64,000 nt of DNA from a virus: the IMG/VR virus record IMGVR_UViG_3300009503_000018, positions 75,528-139,527 of that record; one strand, given 5' to 3'. The notes beneath the pieces are model-generated. The model was not told the origin of the DNA. It worked only from the letters and a program-made list of their open reading frames with translations, and ran no database searches. The first letter of the stretch is position 1, and each line of letters begins with the position of its first letter. Both the position numbers and the translations under genes were made by a program. Shown here piece by piece: positions 1 to 9,113 of the stretch.

Positions 1-381
1 TGTTGACATTTTATATTTTCTTTTCTGAATAGACTCTTCTCGAAGTTCGATTTCATTCATTTTGAAGTCCGCCGAGACAAAAACGACCCGCTTCGGACCG
101 AAAAAGCCGATAATATACACTTTGTCTGTTAAGTCAAGACCATCATTTTGCGCGACGAGCATATGCGCATGGAGCATCCAAAAGACTTGTTTATGAGTAA
201 CATCAAAGCTAAAATGATACGCGAATAACACCCCATCACCACAAGGGAGTTCAGCAACTAACGGCGTTTGATTCATATCTTCCGGGGAGACGTTCGCAAA
301 AGGGTCTTTGTTTTGTGCTGACACAACGGCACACAGAAACGACAACGAAAAAATAATTATAACTAAAATTTTTAATTTCAT
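1..381 (-). CDS. Secreted or membrane-anchored hypothetical protein, 3'-truncated by the window edge
   Basis: Manual translation from the ATG at 381 gives MKLKILVIIIFSLSFLCAVVSAQNKDPF..., a signal-peptide-like N-terminus. The frame stays open to position 1. Not in the ORF track. Confidence 0.7.
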   Translation of the reverse strand, partial: MKLKILVIIIFSLSFLCAVVSAQNKDPFANVSPEDMNQTPLVAELPCGDGVLFAYHFSFDVTHKQVFWMLHAHMLVAQNDGLDLTDKVYIIGFFGPKRVVFVSADFKMNEIELREESIQKRKYKMST

Positions 382-393
382 ACTACACCTATT

Positions 394-867
394 TTACTTC
401 CACGGATGGTATACATCAACTACACTTCGGTGGGGAGGGACCGTTCCGGGAAGCGGCGGAGGCGCATACATATAATCGCGGTCGAGTAAAGGACGAGGAA
501 ATTGCTGAGCGGTAAATAATGCATCAATAGCGTCTTTGGTGAATACATCGGTTTTTTCTCCAGTTCGAAAAATCGCCGGATCAAGAATAACCCCCTCACG
601 AATCACCAATGGAACGACCAATTCAAATCGTGTATCGCGTCCTGTTGCTTGGATTTTGCCTGTAAAGTATGCAACAGCATTTCGCAAAGACCCATCGGCC
701 CATAAAGACTCAATATCGGTCTTGAAATGTGACCACGTCCCAGAAACTGGAAGTCCAAAACTCGATAAGAATTCAGACAATTTTTGAGAACCGACTCTAG
801 CAATGGTAAGCGCGTTGGCTTCTCCGTATAGCTTAGTGTGTTGTGGCCGTTTATAATTCCTAGGCAT
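394..867 (-). CDS. Hypothetical protein
   Basis: 157-aa ORF packed tightly between neighbours on the coding strand; no recognisable motif. Confidence 0.75.
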   Translation of the reverse strand: MPRNYKRPQHTKLYGEANALTIARVGSQKLSEFLSSFGLPVSGTWSHFKTDIESLWADGSLRNAVAYFTGKIQATGRDTRFELVVPLVIREGVILDPAIFRTGEKTDVFTKDAIDALFTAQQFPRPLLDRDYMYAPPPLPGTVPPHRSVVDVYHPWK

Positions 868-870
868 ATA

Positions 871-1443
871 TTATGATGCGGTCCCACAATTTGTGCAAGT
901 CGAATCGCACAAGTCTTCTCCGCATACTCGACAAGTCCCTAGTCGCACCAATGGTTCGTCCATGTTCACATAATGACGAACTTCGGATGGAGAAAATTCG
1001 TGGGCGACAAAGTCATCATCCACGCCAATACAAGTGTCGTCGTGAATTTCGATAACATGTAAGCTCGTACCGTCGTGGAGTGTGGCGTGCGCATACAGTT
1101 TCATTGGTCCAAGAGAATTAGCTGGTTTAGTGGTGGGCGCGTGCTTTGTGGCTACGGCGTTTTGTACTTTTTGACCCATGTCGAGATCGACTTTCGATAT
1201 TGGTCTTCGGGTCTGAGCCGGATTCTCCATTGGACCAGCGACAATTTTGATGTGACCTTTGGTAATTCCTTCTACCAAATAAGCGACCTTTTTCAAGTCC
1301 GGCTGTTCTTGTTCTGTTAGCTCAACAATACCTTCTCGATGGCAAAAATCGCTTAATTCTTTGAATGTAAAACGATCTTTAAAAGGCAAAGTCGAACCCA
1401 AAGAGTCAAGAAAAATGAGCGCGGTCGGAACACTGCTATCCAT
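871..1443 (-). CDS. Hypothetical protein with C-terminal Zn-ribbon
   Basis: C-terminus CRVC...CTNC; tight operon spacing. Confidence 0.75.
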   Translation of the reverse strand: MDSSVPTALIFLDSLGSTLPFKDRFTFKELSDFCHREGIVELTEQEQPDLKKVAYLVEGITKGHIKIVAGPMENPAQTRRPISKVDLDMGQKVQNAVATKHAPTTKPANSLGPMKLYAHATLHDGTSLHVIEIHDDTCIGVDDDFVAHEFSPSEVRHYVNMDEPLVRLGTCRVCGEDLCDSTCTNCGTAS

Positions 1444-1444
1444 T

Positions 1445-1702
1445 TTATCCTAAGTCCTTTACGCCATGATCCCTTGACAAATGATCGCGTAGATCTCCGC
1501 CATTTGTAAATACACGATTACAACCCGGATACCGACACTTCCACGGTCGTCCTTCAGATGGCGCCGCGATAGAAGGTCCGGCAGTGTGTGTAGGATTTGC
1601 GCCAGCACCCGACATACTTGCTCCGCCACCCATCGGAGATATGCCGGGACCGAGGACATCGGGTCCAGCCTTTTTCAGAAAGGCTCTTTTGCTCAAAAAC
1701 AT
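1445..1702 (-). CDS. Small C2H2 zinc-finger protein
   Basis: WKCRYPGCNRVFTNGGDLRDHLSRDH fits C-x4-C-x3-F-x5-L-x2-H-x4-H; Gly/Pro-rich linker upstream. Confidence 0.75.
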   Translation of the reverse strand: MFLSKRAFLKKAGPDVLGPGISPMGGGASMSGAGANPTHTAGPSIAAPSEGRPWKCRYPGCNRVFTNGGDLRDHLSRDHGVKDLG

Positions 1703-1743
1703 GGTAACGTGACACCCCCAGTCAACAACTGGAACTTTTCATG

Positions 1744-2130
1744 TTAATTTCCAAATATGATACGTACAAGAATCGGCGCAGCGACTGGAACATTCGCGTC
1801 AACGGAATTAGACCAAGCAGAGACCGTCGCCGCATCGGCAGTGTCAGCACGGAGCCAAAACCGAGTCGATCCTACGCCCGTTACATTGACAAGAGTTGTG
1901 AATTCCTGACCACACGCAAATCCAGTTGGAAGAGCCACGGTAACAACCGTAGCTTTTGCATCTGGTTGAGTTCCAGCATTGGCCACAGGTTCATAAGCTA
2001 ACTCATATTGCGTAATTGCGCCACAATCACTGTCTTGACGAAAGACAACTTGAGCAGGACCGCTTGCTAGACACGAACAACTCAGAGCAAAAACAATGGG
2101 CAAAACATTACGAATCAGTTTAATAATCAC
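1744..2130 (-). CDS. Secreted beta-sandwich (Fn3-like) protein
   Basis: Hydrophobic N-terminal signal; ITQYELAY and WSNSV segments resemble fibronectin type III strands. Confidence 0.6.
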   Translation of the reverse strand: MIIKLIRNVLPIVFALSCSCLASGPAQVVFRQDSDCGAITQYELAYEPVANAGTQPDAKATVVTVALPTGFACGQEFTTLVNVTGVGSTRFWLRADTADAATVSAWSNSVDANVPVAAPILVRIIFGN

Positions 2131-2131
2131 C

Positions 2132-2668
2132 TTAATTCTCCTCTTCCCATGCCTTGATGAGGCTTATATGAATTTTGCTGACACCTTCACGCTTCATACG
2201 TTCTACTACCCAATCGCCGAATTGGGCGGCTGCTGTTTCTCGGTCATATACTTTGGACTGATCCCGGGGATGAGAAAGAACGTCGGAATACTTCTTATGA
2301 CAATTATCGCATTCGTAGGGATTTCCTTCTTTCGTTATATTTGGGGCTGAACAAGACTCGCACTCCCACAAAATATGAACTTTATTTCCAACTAACGTGC
2401 GATAGGCAGCTTTCGCATAATCCTCTGTTGAATCTTCCTCGGCGATAAGACACCTTTCCTCGGTTCCCTCTTCTCCGACTCGAACAATGTAGGATCGGCC
2501 ATCTTCCCCCGCTTCCATTTTCCATACTGGCTCATAATTGTCTCGAATACGATAGAGTCCCCCAACTTTAATTAAATCAGACCGTTTTACAATAGGCATA
2601 GGCGGCGGTTGGTTCCGCCCACGAACCCAATTTCGTAGATTTTCCCAATTAAAGCGCAATGTTGCCAT
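2132..2668 (-). CDS. Hypothetical protein with Zn-ribbon
   Basis: CESC...CDNC. Start placed at MATLRF (2668) after a GGGGAGGGG SD; the ORF track starts at 2692. Confidence 0.75.
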   Translation of the reverse strand: MATLRFNWENLRNWVRGRNQPPPMPIVKRSDLIKVGGLYRIRDNYEPVWKMEAGEDGRSYIVRVGEEGTEERCLIAEEDSTEDYAKAAYRTLVGNKVHILWECESCSAPNITKEGNPYECDNCHKKYSDVLSHPRDQSKVYDRETAAAQFGDWVVERMKREGVSKIHISLIKAWEEEN

Positions 2669-2748
2669 TTCCCCTCCCCAAGGATTACTCACGAGAATTC
2701 AACTATTTTTTTATTCAAGAGAATACGTTTTCCCATAAAATAACCTAA

Positions 2749-3777
2749 CTATTGTTCAATTTGAAAGCGTCGAATAAGCTTGTCAAAAGTCGTTGTTGAA
2801 ATCTCTAAGATCTCCGCCGCCCGTTTCTTCGAACGAAACAGCTTTAAGCTAATAATCAGTATTATCTCTATTGGAGTATTGTATGATGACTGTAACCGAT
2901 TGATGATCGGAGGCCATAGTTTCTTACATCGTTTTGAACAATAGCCAAAGCCTCTTTCAATAATAGTTTTTGTCGGTTTTAACTCATTTTGACAAAGCCT
3001 GTTTGCGCATTTCTTAGGCGTTCTGCGTCCTGGGATTGGCGTCCGTAATATAATGTTGGTGTTGCAATCATCATCCGTACTTTGCTGAATATACTCCAGC
3101 GGCAAAGACGGAGATATTGGAGCTTCAAAAGGGACTTTTACTTGTTCAGTTGTTTTATATTCATTGATTATTTCAAATAACAAATTTCTCGATTGTTCGA
3201 GATTCAAATCTTGTCGGTTTCGCGCTTGGCTTAAAAGGTCTAAACGGCGCTGTTTAATAGCGTAATCAATAAAGTCCTCTTCGGGGGGTTGTGAAGAGTA
3301 CACATACTCTTCTCCGACGGAGTTCATAAAATCCCCCAAGCGCTTTTCTATTTTGTCCTTACTGTCGTTGTCGTTGTTAAGGATCTCTCCTTTTAGTTCC
3401 TTTCGGAGTTTAAAAAGAGAAATTCCGAAACGCGAACGAAATTTTAAAATATAGTCGCGAATCGCGTTCCGAACAACCGCTCTTACGTACAAATAGAATT
3501 CTTCTTCTGAAACAAACCGGGGCGGATGCTTATTAATTTTTTGTAAAAAATTAAGTAAGCTGAGATACCCCTCTTGTTCCAAATCTGCCCGATCATCCGG
3601 ATTTGTGTGCGTCCCATATTCTTTGTGAATGAAGCCTTTAAGCCAAGGTTTGAGGACTTCGATTATTTCTTCGGGCGCGGGGGGACGATACTTGCGTACA
3701 TATTTCCTTTTTCTATGCGCTGTTTTATTTTTATGTTGTTTGATAGTTGTGATATATTTATATTCTCTTCTTCGCAC
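2749..3777 (-). CDS. Phage sigma-70-family-like factor with C-terminal Cys motif and Fis-like HTH
   Basis: Region-2-like DRADLEQEGYLSLLNFLQK...YLYVRAVVRNAIRDYILK; then CANRLC...YCSKRC; C-terminal RSKKRAAEILEISTTTFDKLIRRFQI resembles a Fis/NtrC HTH. Confidence 0.6.
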   Translation of the reverse strand: MRRREYKYITTIKQHKNKTAHRKRKYVRKYRPPAPEEIIEVLKPWLKGFIHKEYGTHTNPDDRADLEQEGYLSLLNFLQKINKHPPRFVSEEEFYLYVRAVVRNAIRDYILKFRSRFGISLFKLRKELKGEILNNDNDSKDKIEKRLGDFMNSVGEEYVYSSQPPEEDFIDYAIKQRRLDLLSQARNRQDLNLEQSRNLLFEIINEYKTTEQVKVPFEAPISPSLPLEYIQQSTDDDCNTNIILRTPIPGRRTPKKCANRLCQNELKPTKTIIERGFGYCSKRCKKLWPPIINRLQSSYNTPIEIILIISLKLFRSKKRAAEILEISTTTFDKLIRRFQIEQ

Positions 3778-3940
3778 GCTGTTTTTCAGTCTTGGAAAAT
3801 TGAGATCGTGCGTTTTTTGCGAAAACTGCCTCCTTTTGTTGTTGTAATGTTTTGATAGTTTCCTTTCTTAGAGCTACCAACCCCTTTTCATAACGCTTGA
3901 ATGCTGCGTCAATCATACGAAAAACATCTTGGGGTATCAT
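3758..3940 (-). CDS. Small hypothetical protein
   Basis: 60 aa; ATGA overlap with the upstream gene. Confidence 0.6.
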   Translation of the reverse strand: MIPQDVFRMIDAAFKRYEKGLVALRKETIKTLQQQKEAVFAKNARSQFSKTEKQRAKKRI

Positions 3941-4452
3941 GATTCACCAAAACGCGCTTGATAGTGCCAATTCCAGTATGTCACAATATTTTCTAGAGCT
4001 TCTTCTAATGTGGAAAATTTATGAGTTATTGTTTCGGTAATAAACGGATGATTTTGATACAAATAATTGTCTTCCTCGACGACGGCAATTATCGGCTTTT
4101 GATATTGCCACGCCCAAGCCATTTCGAAAAATGATCCAATCAGCGGCTTTTTGATTGGAATACCGCTATAGCCTTTTACTTTAAGATTGACGAGAAGAAT
4201 GTGCGCCGATTTTACCATTGCATGATCGCGCATGAATACGGCGCTGTTCGGTATACTCGATGTAATCCCTCCATCATTCGATGTGTTCAATTCTTTTTTC
4301 GCCATTGGCGACAATGGAATAATCCCATTAGCTCGCAAATACTCGCTTGCTTTTGCTCTCCATTCCGTGAAATACGGATCTTCCGTTGTAATAGTCCCCG
4401 CAAGATATACCCGTAAGGAGTCCTTTTTCAATTCAAAATTATTTTTTTTCAT
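3937..4452 (-). CDS. Nucleoside 2-deoxyribosyltransferase-like (NDT/DNPH1/MilB superfamily) protein
   Basis: RVYLAG start, RDHAMVKSAHILLVNL, GSFFEMAWAWQYQKPIIAV with the catalytic Glu motif (GxxxE). Confidence 0.8.
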   Translation of the reverse strand: MKKNNFELKKDSLRVYLAGTITTEDPYFTEWRAKASEYLRANGIIPLSPMAKKELNTSNDGGITSSIPNSAVFMRDHAMVKSAHILLVNLKVKGYSGIPIKKPLIGSFFEMAWAWQYQKPIIAVVEEDNYLYQNHPFITETITHKFSTLEEALENIVTYWNWHYQARFGES

Positions 4453-4739
4453 AGATTCTCCTGATACTCAGGAATATCACCGTTTTTCTTTACGGCCCCG
4501 TCTTCATATAAAGAAATGTATCTGCGATAAAATTCGAGGACTGCGCATATCAAAGTCCCTACTCCCAACGCAAGTGCCCAATACCTTTTCTCCGGTAGGA
4601 CTTTGAGCAAAAGACGGGTCACTACATAATTGAGTTCGCCGGCGAACGCTGTATGTGATTTGTTCATACAAATATTCGCAGCAAGTTTCTCGATCCACGG
4701 ATCTATTTCTTTTCTTCGCGTGTCTTCGATGTACGGCAT
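4449..4739 (-). CDS. Conserved phage hypothetical protein
   Basis: MPYI...GELNYVVTRL...EFYRRYISLYED...NGD, a pattern I recall from phage nucleotide-metabolism clusters; unverified. Confidence 0.7.
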   Translation of the reverse strand: MPYIEDTRRKEIDPWIEKLAANICMNKSHTAFAGELNYVVTRLLLKVLPEKRYWALALGVGTLICAVLEFYRRYISLYEDGAVKKNGDIPEYQENL

Positions 4740-5224
4740 GTTAGCACTTGTTGTGCTGGCGTCGTTTCCAAATATTCCGCTGCCCGCCTGAGATATTCGG
4801 TATTGTCGCCGAATTTCGCGATTGCATTATTACAGCGCCAGCACAATATTCCTCGAATTTGGTCTCTAATTAATTTCGGATCTTTCCGTTTTTCCCCTTT
4901 TTCGTGTCGATGATCCACGCTTAGGCTGACCGTTTTTGGTGATCTTCCACAAATCCAACATACCCCGTTTTGTGCGTAAAGTAAATTTTTGTACTCGGTT
5001 AGGGTTATACCATACGTCCTCAAGAGAGCACAATCCCGTTTTCGTTCTTTGACAGTATATTGCGCAATTTCATTAACACATAATTTACATAAATATCGTT
5101 TGTCTGGTTCGGTCAATACCGTATCACACCGCGAACAGTGTCCTCGGCAGCGGGGACATATAGCCCACTTCTCTTTTTTATGTTTCGTAAATATGGACCG
5201 GCACCGTTTGCATTTTTTCCGCAT
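4703..5224 (-). CDS. Endonuclease VII-family (His-Me finger) nuclease; resolvase or free-standing homing endonuclease
   Basis: YGITLTEY...QNGVCWIC...LSVDHRH...RGILCWRCNNAIAKFGDN; extra N-terminal CxxC repeats. Start MRKKC at 5224 directly follows the upstream stop. Confidence 0.85.
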   Translation of the reverse strand: MRKKCKRCRSIFTKHKKEKWAICPRCRGHCSRCDTVLTEPDKRYLCKLCVNEIAQYTVKERKRDCALLRTYGITLTEYKNLLYAQNGVCWICGRSPKTVSLSVDHRHEKGEKRKDPKLIRDQIRGILCWRCNNAIAKFGDNTEYLRRAAEYLETTPAQQVLTCRTSKTREEKK

Positions 5225-5225
5225 G

Positions 5226-5714
5226 CTACGCTGTCCATTCTTTACCGTCAAGGAGAATTGTTATTCCAAAATTTCCATCAATTAATTTATATTGAACACC
5301 AGATTCTCGCAGCAAGTTCAATCCTATATGGACCGCCTCTTCCCACCGTTCCGGAGCGTGGTCGTAAATTTTTTTATGTCCAATAACTTCGGTTATGCCA
5401 CATTGAATAATCGCCCGCGCACAATCAGGACATGCAAACCACGGAACATACATTTTAGCACTACGCGTTGAAATACCTCTTTTTGCCGCTGAAAAGAGGA
5501 CATTCCTTTCCGCGTGTTCGACGTACTTGTATTTCAGCGGGCGCTCCCAGCGGTCACGAGTTTCCTTAACGCCTGTAGGAAAACAATTTGCCGCGTCCGC
5601 TAAAATATTTCCACACGCATCAACGAGAACGGCGCCGTTTTGTGTACTAGGATCGGTGCTATATTTCGCAGCAACCTGATACGCCAATTTCAAATAAAAA
5701 TAGTCGTCTCTCAT
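5226..5714 (-). CDS. dCMP deaminase
   Basis: STDPSTQNGAVLV, HAERN and ACPDCARAII Zn-binding deaminase motifs. Confidence 0.9.
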   Translation of the reverse strand: MRDDYFYLKLAYQVAAKYSTDPSTQNGAVLVDACGNILADAANCFPTGVKETRDRWERPLKYKYVEHAERNVLFSAAKRGISTRSAKMYVPWFACPDCARAIIQCGITEVIGHKKIYDHAPERWEEAVHIGLNLLRESGVQYKLIDGNFGITILLDGKEWTA

Positions 5715-5923
5715 TATTCTGATTCTTCTCTTTCGTCTTCCTCTTCTTCTGTGACGACTTCAAAAAATGTTTCGGTCTTTTTTTCGAAAGTTGTGACAAT
5801 GAAACCCTTTTTATCGTATTCCGGTCCAACAAATGCTAGTGCTTCGTCCTTGGAGTTAAACATTTTAACAAAAGTGGGGTCGTTTTGATTAGTAACAACT
5901 GTAAATAGACTCTTTCGTGCCAT
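5714..5923 (-). CDS. Small hypothetical protein with acidic tail
   Basis: 69 aa; GGAGG SD; 1-nt overlap with the next gene. Confidence 0.7.
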   Translation of the reverse strand: MARKSLFTVVTNQNDPTFVKMFNSKDEALAFVGPEYDKKGFIVTTFEKKTETFFEVVTEEEEDEREESE

Positions 5924-5935
5924 TTATTCCTCCGT

Positions 5936-7969
5936 TTAATGTTCTCCTGAAAGGTCATATTCTTCGATATGGGTAACATGATTTTGTTTCACGGCTCGAA
6001 TTTCTTTATCGAATCTCCCGCTATCGCGAACACTTCGATGGTTCGTAATAACAAGAACGGTCCTACCATCGCCGGTAAGATGTTCGAGAAGTTTGCACAT
6101 TTGTTCTTCGCCCCAAGTATCCAAATTCGCAAATGGCTCATCCAGTAGCAACAAATTTACATTCGCATCTGCTTGTTCCATTGACAGATCTCCGAAAGCT
6201 CCAGTAATGGCCAAACTCAATGCGGCTTTTTCACCTCCTGAATAAAACCGTATCGGGACGTGTTTTTTATTTCCGTCTTTGACCAAAATGTCAAGTTCGG
6301 TTTTTACTCCTTTGCCATCTGCTTTTGGAACTTCTGTAACCAATTCTGCGTGAACTTCTCCATCCGTCAGGATAGACAAATATTTAGCTAGTGAATTATT
6401 AAACGCGTCGCGACTCGAATGAATTTTGAACGATTTAAAACCTTTATCTCCAATAAGTTCTTCGCATCGCTCAATATACTTAATGCTTTTTTCATTTTTC
6501 TCATTAATAGTAATTTGGTGCTGTAATTGCTTGTTAAGTTTTTCATATTGAGACCGGGAATTTTCGGCGGTTTCAATCTGTGTTTTCAACTGTGTATACG
6601 CTTGTGTAAGATGGAGTTGCTCAGCCAAGAGATCTTTCTTTTCCTCCTCAATTTTTTCCGGAATATGAACACCGGTCCCGATACACTCTTTTAGAGTTTT
6701 GAGTTGTTCTACTACCTTTTGTAGGTCGTTGCTTGCTGTTTGTAGAAGGGCGTGATTTGCCGTCATGTCAGCTTCATACGCCCGCATATCTCGTAATACT
6801 CCCTGTGTACTTTTCTGTGTAGAAAGCATTTGTTGGAGCGCGTCTTTTAGAGCGTCTCTCTTTTTCGTCAACTCTTTAATGGTCCGTGTATATTTCGTAT
6901 GCAAACTTTGGCGCAACTCATCAGAAACCGCTTGTTCACACTCCGCACATTCCCCTTTCAAAGATTCCACATGTTGTAGCCGCATCTCCGCCTGCCGTAC
7001 TTCCGCGTTTGCCATTGCATGTTTATTTTGGAGATCGCAGACTTGTGCATTAATCGCCTCAACTTCTGCTTCAAGCTGTGCCGACGTTTTAAATGTCGAA
7101 AACCGAAAACTAAAATCTTCTGCCTTTTGGCTGCACGTTTTCGCTAATTGCTGAACGCGATCTTTTAATAGACGCTCTTTAGTTTGTAGTTCTGCAATAA
7201 GTCGAAGTTTCTTTGCCTCTTCTTCCAACGAGGCAAGTTCGTCTGCAATAACACGCAGTCGTGCTTGTTGTTCTTGGAGTTCCCGCGACCATTGAGCAAT
7301 TTCTTCGGGTGCGACCAGTGTTTTTGCCATCGCGGCAACTTGCGCTTGAAGTGTTGTTACAACCCCTTGCCCTTTCAGCAATTCTTGACGCAGGGATTTT
7401 CTCCACTCGCTCGCCACTTTGATATATTTGTCGCACTCGTCGAGATTCAAGATATTTCCAAAAATAGCTTTCCGCTCTTTGTCAGTACGTGTAATAAAAT
7501 CAGCTATTTTCGATTGTGGAATATACGCTTGATTGACGAATTGGTCATATGTCATTCGAATATGATCCCGAATGATTTTTTTGGTATCCGTATTTCGAGC
7601 GCCTTTTTCTGGTTGCCAGTTTTGGCCGTCCCACCGATACAACGTCCAATGCGTGCCTTCCTTCGGATGCTGCCGTGCATAAACAACATAATACGGCACA
7701 CCAGCATCGTCAATAAACGAAACTGCTATGCGACATCCCTGGTCACGTCGAACCGTATTAATGACGGTATCGTGAGTTGAACCGTCGTCGTTTTCTTCAA
7801 ATAAAGCAGTCGTAATGGCTTTAAAAATAGAACTTTTTCCCGCCCCAGACGAAATACCACGATCACGATTTTCGCCGGTGACGAGATATAACTTCCCGGG
7901 CTCAAAATCGAGGACTTGTTTGTCCCCATAAGACCGAAACCCCTCAATTTCGACCGAACGAATGATCAT
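5936..7969 (-). CDS. sbcC: SbcC/Rad50/gp46-like SMC-family ATPase subunit of a recombination nuclease
   Basis: Walker A GAGKSS, Q-loop, long coiled coil with CAEC zinc hook, signature YSGGEK, Walker B LLLLDEPF, H-loop ITNH. Confidence 0.92.
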   Translation of the reverse strand: MIIRSVEIEGFRSYGDKQVLDFEPGKLYLVTGENRDRGISSGAGKSSIFKAITTALFEENDDGSTHDTVINTVRRDQGCRIAVSFIDDAGVPYYVVYARQHPKEGTHWTLYRWDGQNWQPEKGARNTDTKKIIRDHIRMTYDQFVNQAYIPQSKIADFITRTDKERKAIFGNILNLDECDKYIKVASEWRKSLRQELLKGQGVVTTLQAQVAAMAKTLVAPEEIAQWSRELQEQQARLRVIADELASLEEEAKKLRLIAELQTKERLLKDRVQQLAKTCSQKAEDFSFRFSTFKTSAQLEAEVEAINAQVCDLQNKHAMANAEVRQAEMRLQHVESLKGECAECEQAVSDELRQSLHTKYTRTIKELTKKRDALKDALQQMLSTQKSTQGVLRDMRAYEADMTANHALLQTASNDLQKVVEQLKTLKECIGTGVHIPEKIEEEKKDLLAEQLHLTQAYTQLKTQIETAENSRSQYEKLNKQLQHQITINEKNEKSIKYIERCEELIGDKGFKSFKIHSSRDAFNNSLAKYLSILTDGEVHAELVTEVPKADGKGVKTELDILVKDGNKKHVPIRFYSGGEKAALSLAITGAFGDLSMEQADANVNLLLLDEPFANLDTWGEEQMCKLLEHLTGDGRTVLVITNHRSVRDSGRFDKEIRAVKQNHVTHIEEYDLSGEH

Positions 7970-7977
7970 TGCTTGGT
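7966..7977. repeat. 12-nt direct repeat TCATTGCTTGGT, downstream junction of the tnpB cassette
   Basis: Identical to 9166-9177, exactly 1200 bp away; contains the sbcC ATG on the minus strand. Confidence 0.9.
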
Positions 7978-8100
7978 GACGACATCCTCAGTCAATGACA
8001 AGGACTTCTCAGGTTAACCTGAAGGCTCCGTCCAAGCCGAAGGATATTTATCGCTGCATTCACATCTCTGTCAAGTAGTAAACTACACGAACACGAGTGT
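7976..8100 (-). ncRNA. Predicted omegaRNA (reRNA) scaffold copy 1, overlapping the tnpB 3' end; guide predicted as CAAGCAATGATCATTCGTTC (7975-7956)
   Basis: Known TnpB omegaRNAs overlap the CDS 3' end and run to the right end. Hairpins TCAGG-TTAA-CCTGA and TCCT...AGGA are present. The 5' boundary is unknown and is set here by homology to copy 2. Confidence 0.75.
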
Positions 8101-9113
8101 ATTCGTTCTGACAATGTTTTTTGTCGAACCAATCCACATTGTGAACAGGTACTTGACGTGCCACGAGGTGGGACCTTGACGAATCGGCGTCCAGCCTCTT
8201 CCGCTTTGACACCAAGAATGTCGAGGAATCGTGACCATGCAGCATCTGTTATAGATTTAGATTTATTGAGCCCGCTCGTTGACTTGTGTGTCATTTCACG
8301 CACATCTAAATCCTCAACGACGATCATTGCATTCTCAGAAACAATTCGATGGGCAAGTTTATGCTGAAAATCATTTCGTTGATTTGTTATTTTCGCATAT
8401 AACCTGGCGAGGTATGCTTTCGCCTTTTCTCGACGCTTCGAGCCTCGATTCTTTCGACTAAGCGCTCGCTGAGCTGCGCTCAGCCGCTCTTCAGTTTTTC
8501 GATACCATCGTGGATTCTCGATTTTTTCACCGGTAGACAACGTGGCAAAACTCTCTAAACCCATATCAATACCAATTTCTGCGGTTGCTTCAGGGTATGG
8601 TTTGGCAGGAACATCAGCGCAGGAAAATATCGCATACCATTTTCCTGCTCGACGCTTGAGGGTGAGCATCTTTGGTTTTCCAGTAATTGGTCGGTGAAAC
8701 CGAATCCGAACACACCCAATACCACCAAGACGGATTTTCTTCGGGCTAATCAAACGAAAGCCAATATCCTGAGGCCATGTCAGGCTATTATAACGATCTC
8801 GTCCTTTGAACCTTGGATAACCAGGCTTTTCGCCATTTTTTACACGCCCGAAGAATTGTTGAAATGCAAAATCGACACGGTAAATTACCTGTTGAAGAAC
8901 CTGCGCATAAATATTCGCGAATTCAGGTCGTTCTTGTTTGACAACGGGAAGTTCTTTTGATTGTTCAAAAAAGCCAATACGCACACCATGTTTCCAGGCT
9001 TCGCGCTCTTTGATCGCCGCATTGTACAATTCACGGCAATATCCAAGCCACAGGTCTAATTGTTGTGCTTGTACCTTGGTTGGATATATGCGATATTTAA
9101 ATGCTCTATGCAT
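7992..9113 (-). CDS. tnpB: TnpB RNA-guided endonuclease (373 aa from MHRAFKY), RuvC triad intact
   Basis: AFKYRIYPT N-terminus, RFKG, RuvC-I IGIDMG, RuvC-II IVVEDL, Zn finger CSQCG...HSCSC, RuvC-III DRDVNAAINI. Confidence 0.95.
   Translation of the reverse strand: MHRAFKYRIYPTKVQAQQLDLWLGYCRELYNAAIKEREAWKHGVRIGFFEQSKELPVVKQERPEFANIYAQVLQQVIYRVDFAFQQFFGRVKNGEKPGYPRFKGRDRYNSLTWPQDIGFRLISPKKIRLGGIGCVRIRFHRPITGKPKMLTLKRRAGKWYAIFSCADVPAKPYPEATAEIGIDMGLESFATLSTGEKIENPRWYRKTEERLSAAQRALSRKNRGSKRREKAKAYLARLYAKITNQRNDFQHKLAHRIVSENAMIVVEDLDVREMTHKSTSGLNKSKSITDAAWSRFLDILGVKAEEAGRRFVKVPPRGTSSTCSQCGLVRQKTLSERIHSCSCSLLLDRDVNAAINILRLGRSLQVNLRSPCH

Noticed and set aside
2096-2350. Plus-strand 84-aa membrane protein
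   Set aside because: It is antisense to a well-formed Zn-ribbon gene and has no SD or promoter. It is treated as a shadow ORF, like the other plus-strand ORFs overlapping long minus-strand genes.
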